From the IMG/VR virus record IMGVR_UViG_2687453522_000001: a stretch of 64,000 nt of DNA; one strand, given 5' to 3'. Shown here one piece after another: positions 63,991-64,000 of this stretch. The notes under the pieces were generated by a model that was given only the letters and a program-made list of their open reading frames with translations, was not told the DNA's origin and did not search any database. A program made the position numbers and the translations under genes. The stretch is from a virus (taxonomy: Duplodnaviria; Heunggongvirae; Uroviricota; Caudoviricetes). Numbering within the stretch: position 1 is the stretch's first letter; every line of letters starts with the position of its first letter.

Positions 63991-64000
63991 CCGTTCATTT

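Overview
The window reads as about 64 kb of a P1-like temperate phage-plasmid, with the order and protein lengths of most recognisable genes matching phage P1. All calls rest on reading the sequence and translations by eye; no database search was run. In window order: (1) a minus-strand tail/injection block ending in a Sit-like 1231-aa transglycosylase; (2) an AT-rich three-gene island at about 6.2-8.5 kb; (3) the immI region (c4 region, icd, ant) and the kilA-repL lytic replicon; (4) a ParA-like ATPase and a small convergent gene; (5) a minus-strand head/tail block; (6) the plasmid maintenance module parS-parB-parA-incA-repA-oriR; (7) a spanin-like pair, hrdC (RdgC homologue) and the bifunctional methyltransferase dmt; (8) tRNA-Asn and tRNA-Thr inside a field of hairpin-forming repeats, one of which is split by an IS150 copy with a 3-bp target duplication; (9) upl/plp, a third tRNA (CAT) and ban; (10) a minus-strand baseplate block; (11) a long run of small plus-strand genes including ppp; (12) hot, a LexA box, humD, phd-doc, lpa, pacA with the pac site, pacB, c1, coi, loxP and cre. 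C1 operator-like 17-mers are scattered throughout. Most of the window is canonical P1 backbone. The best candidates for something undescribed are the AT-rich membrane/periplasmic island at the position where P1 carries its sim genes, the repeat family around the tRNAs, a cluster of paralogous Rossmann-type proteins next to ppp, and a possible small hydrophobic toxin-like ORF upstream of hot.
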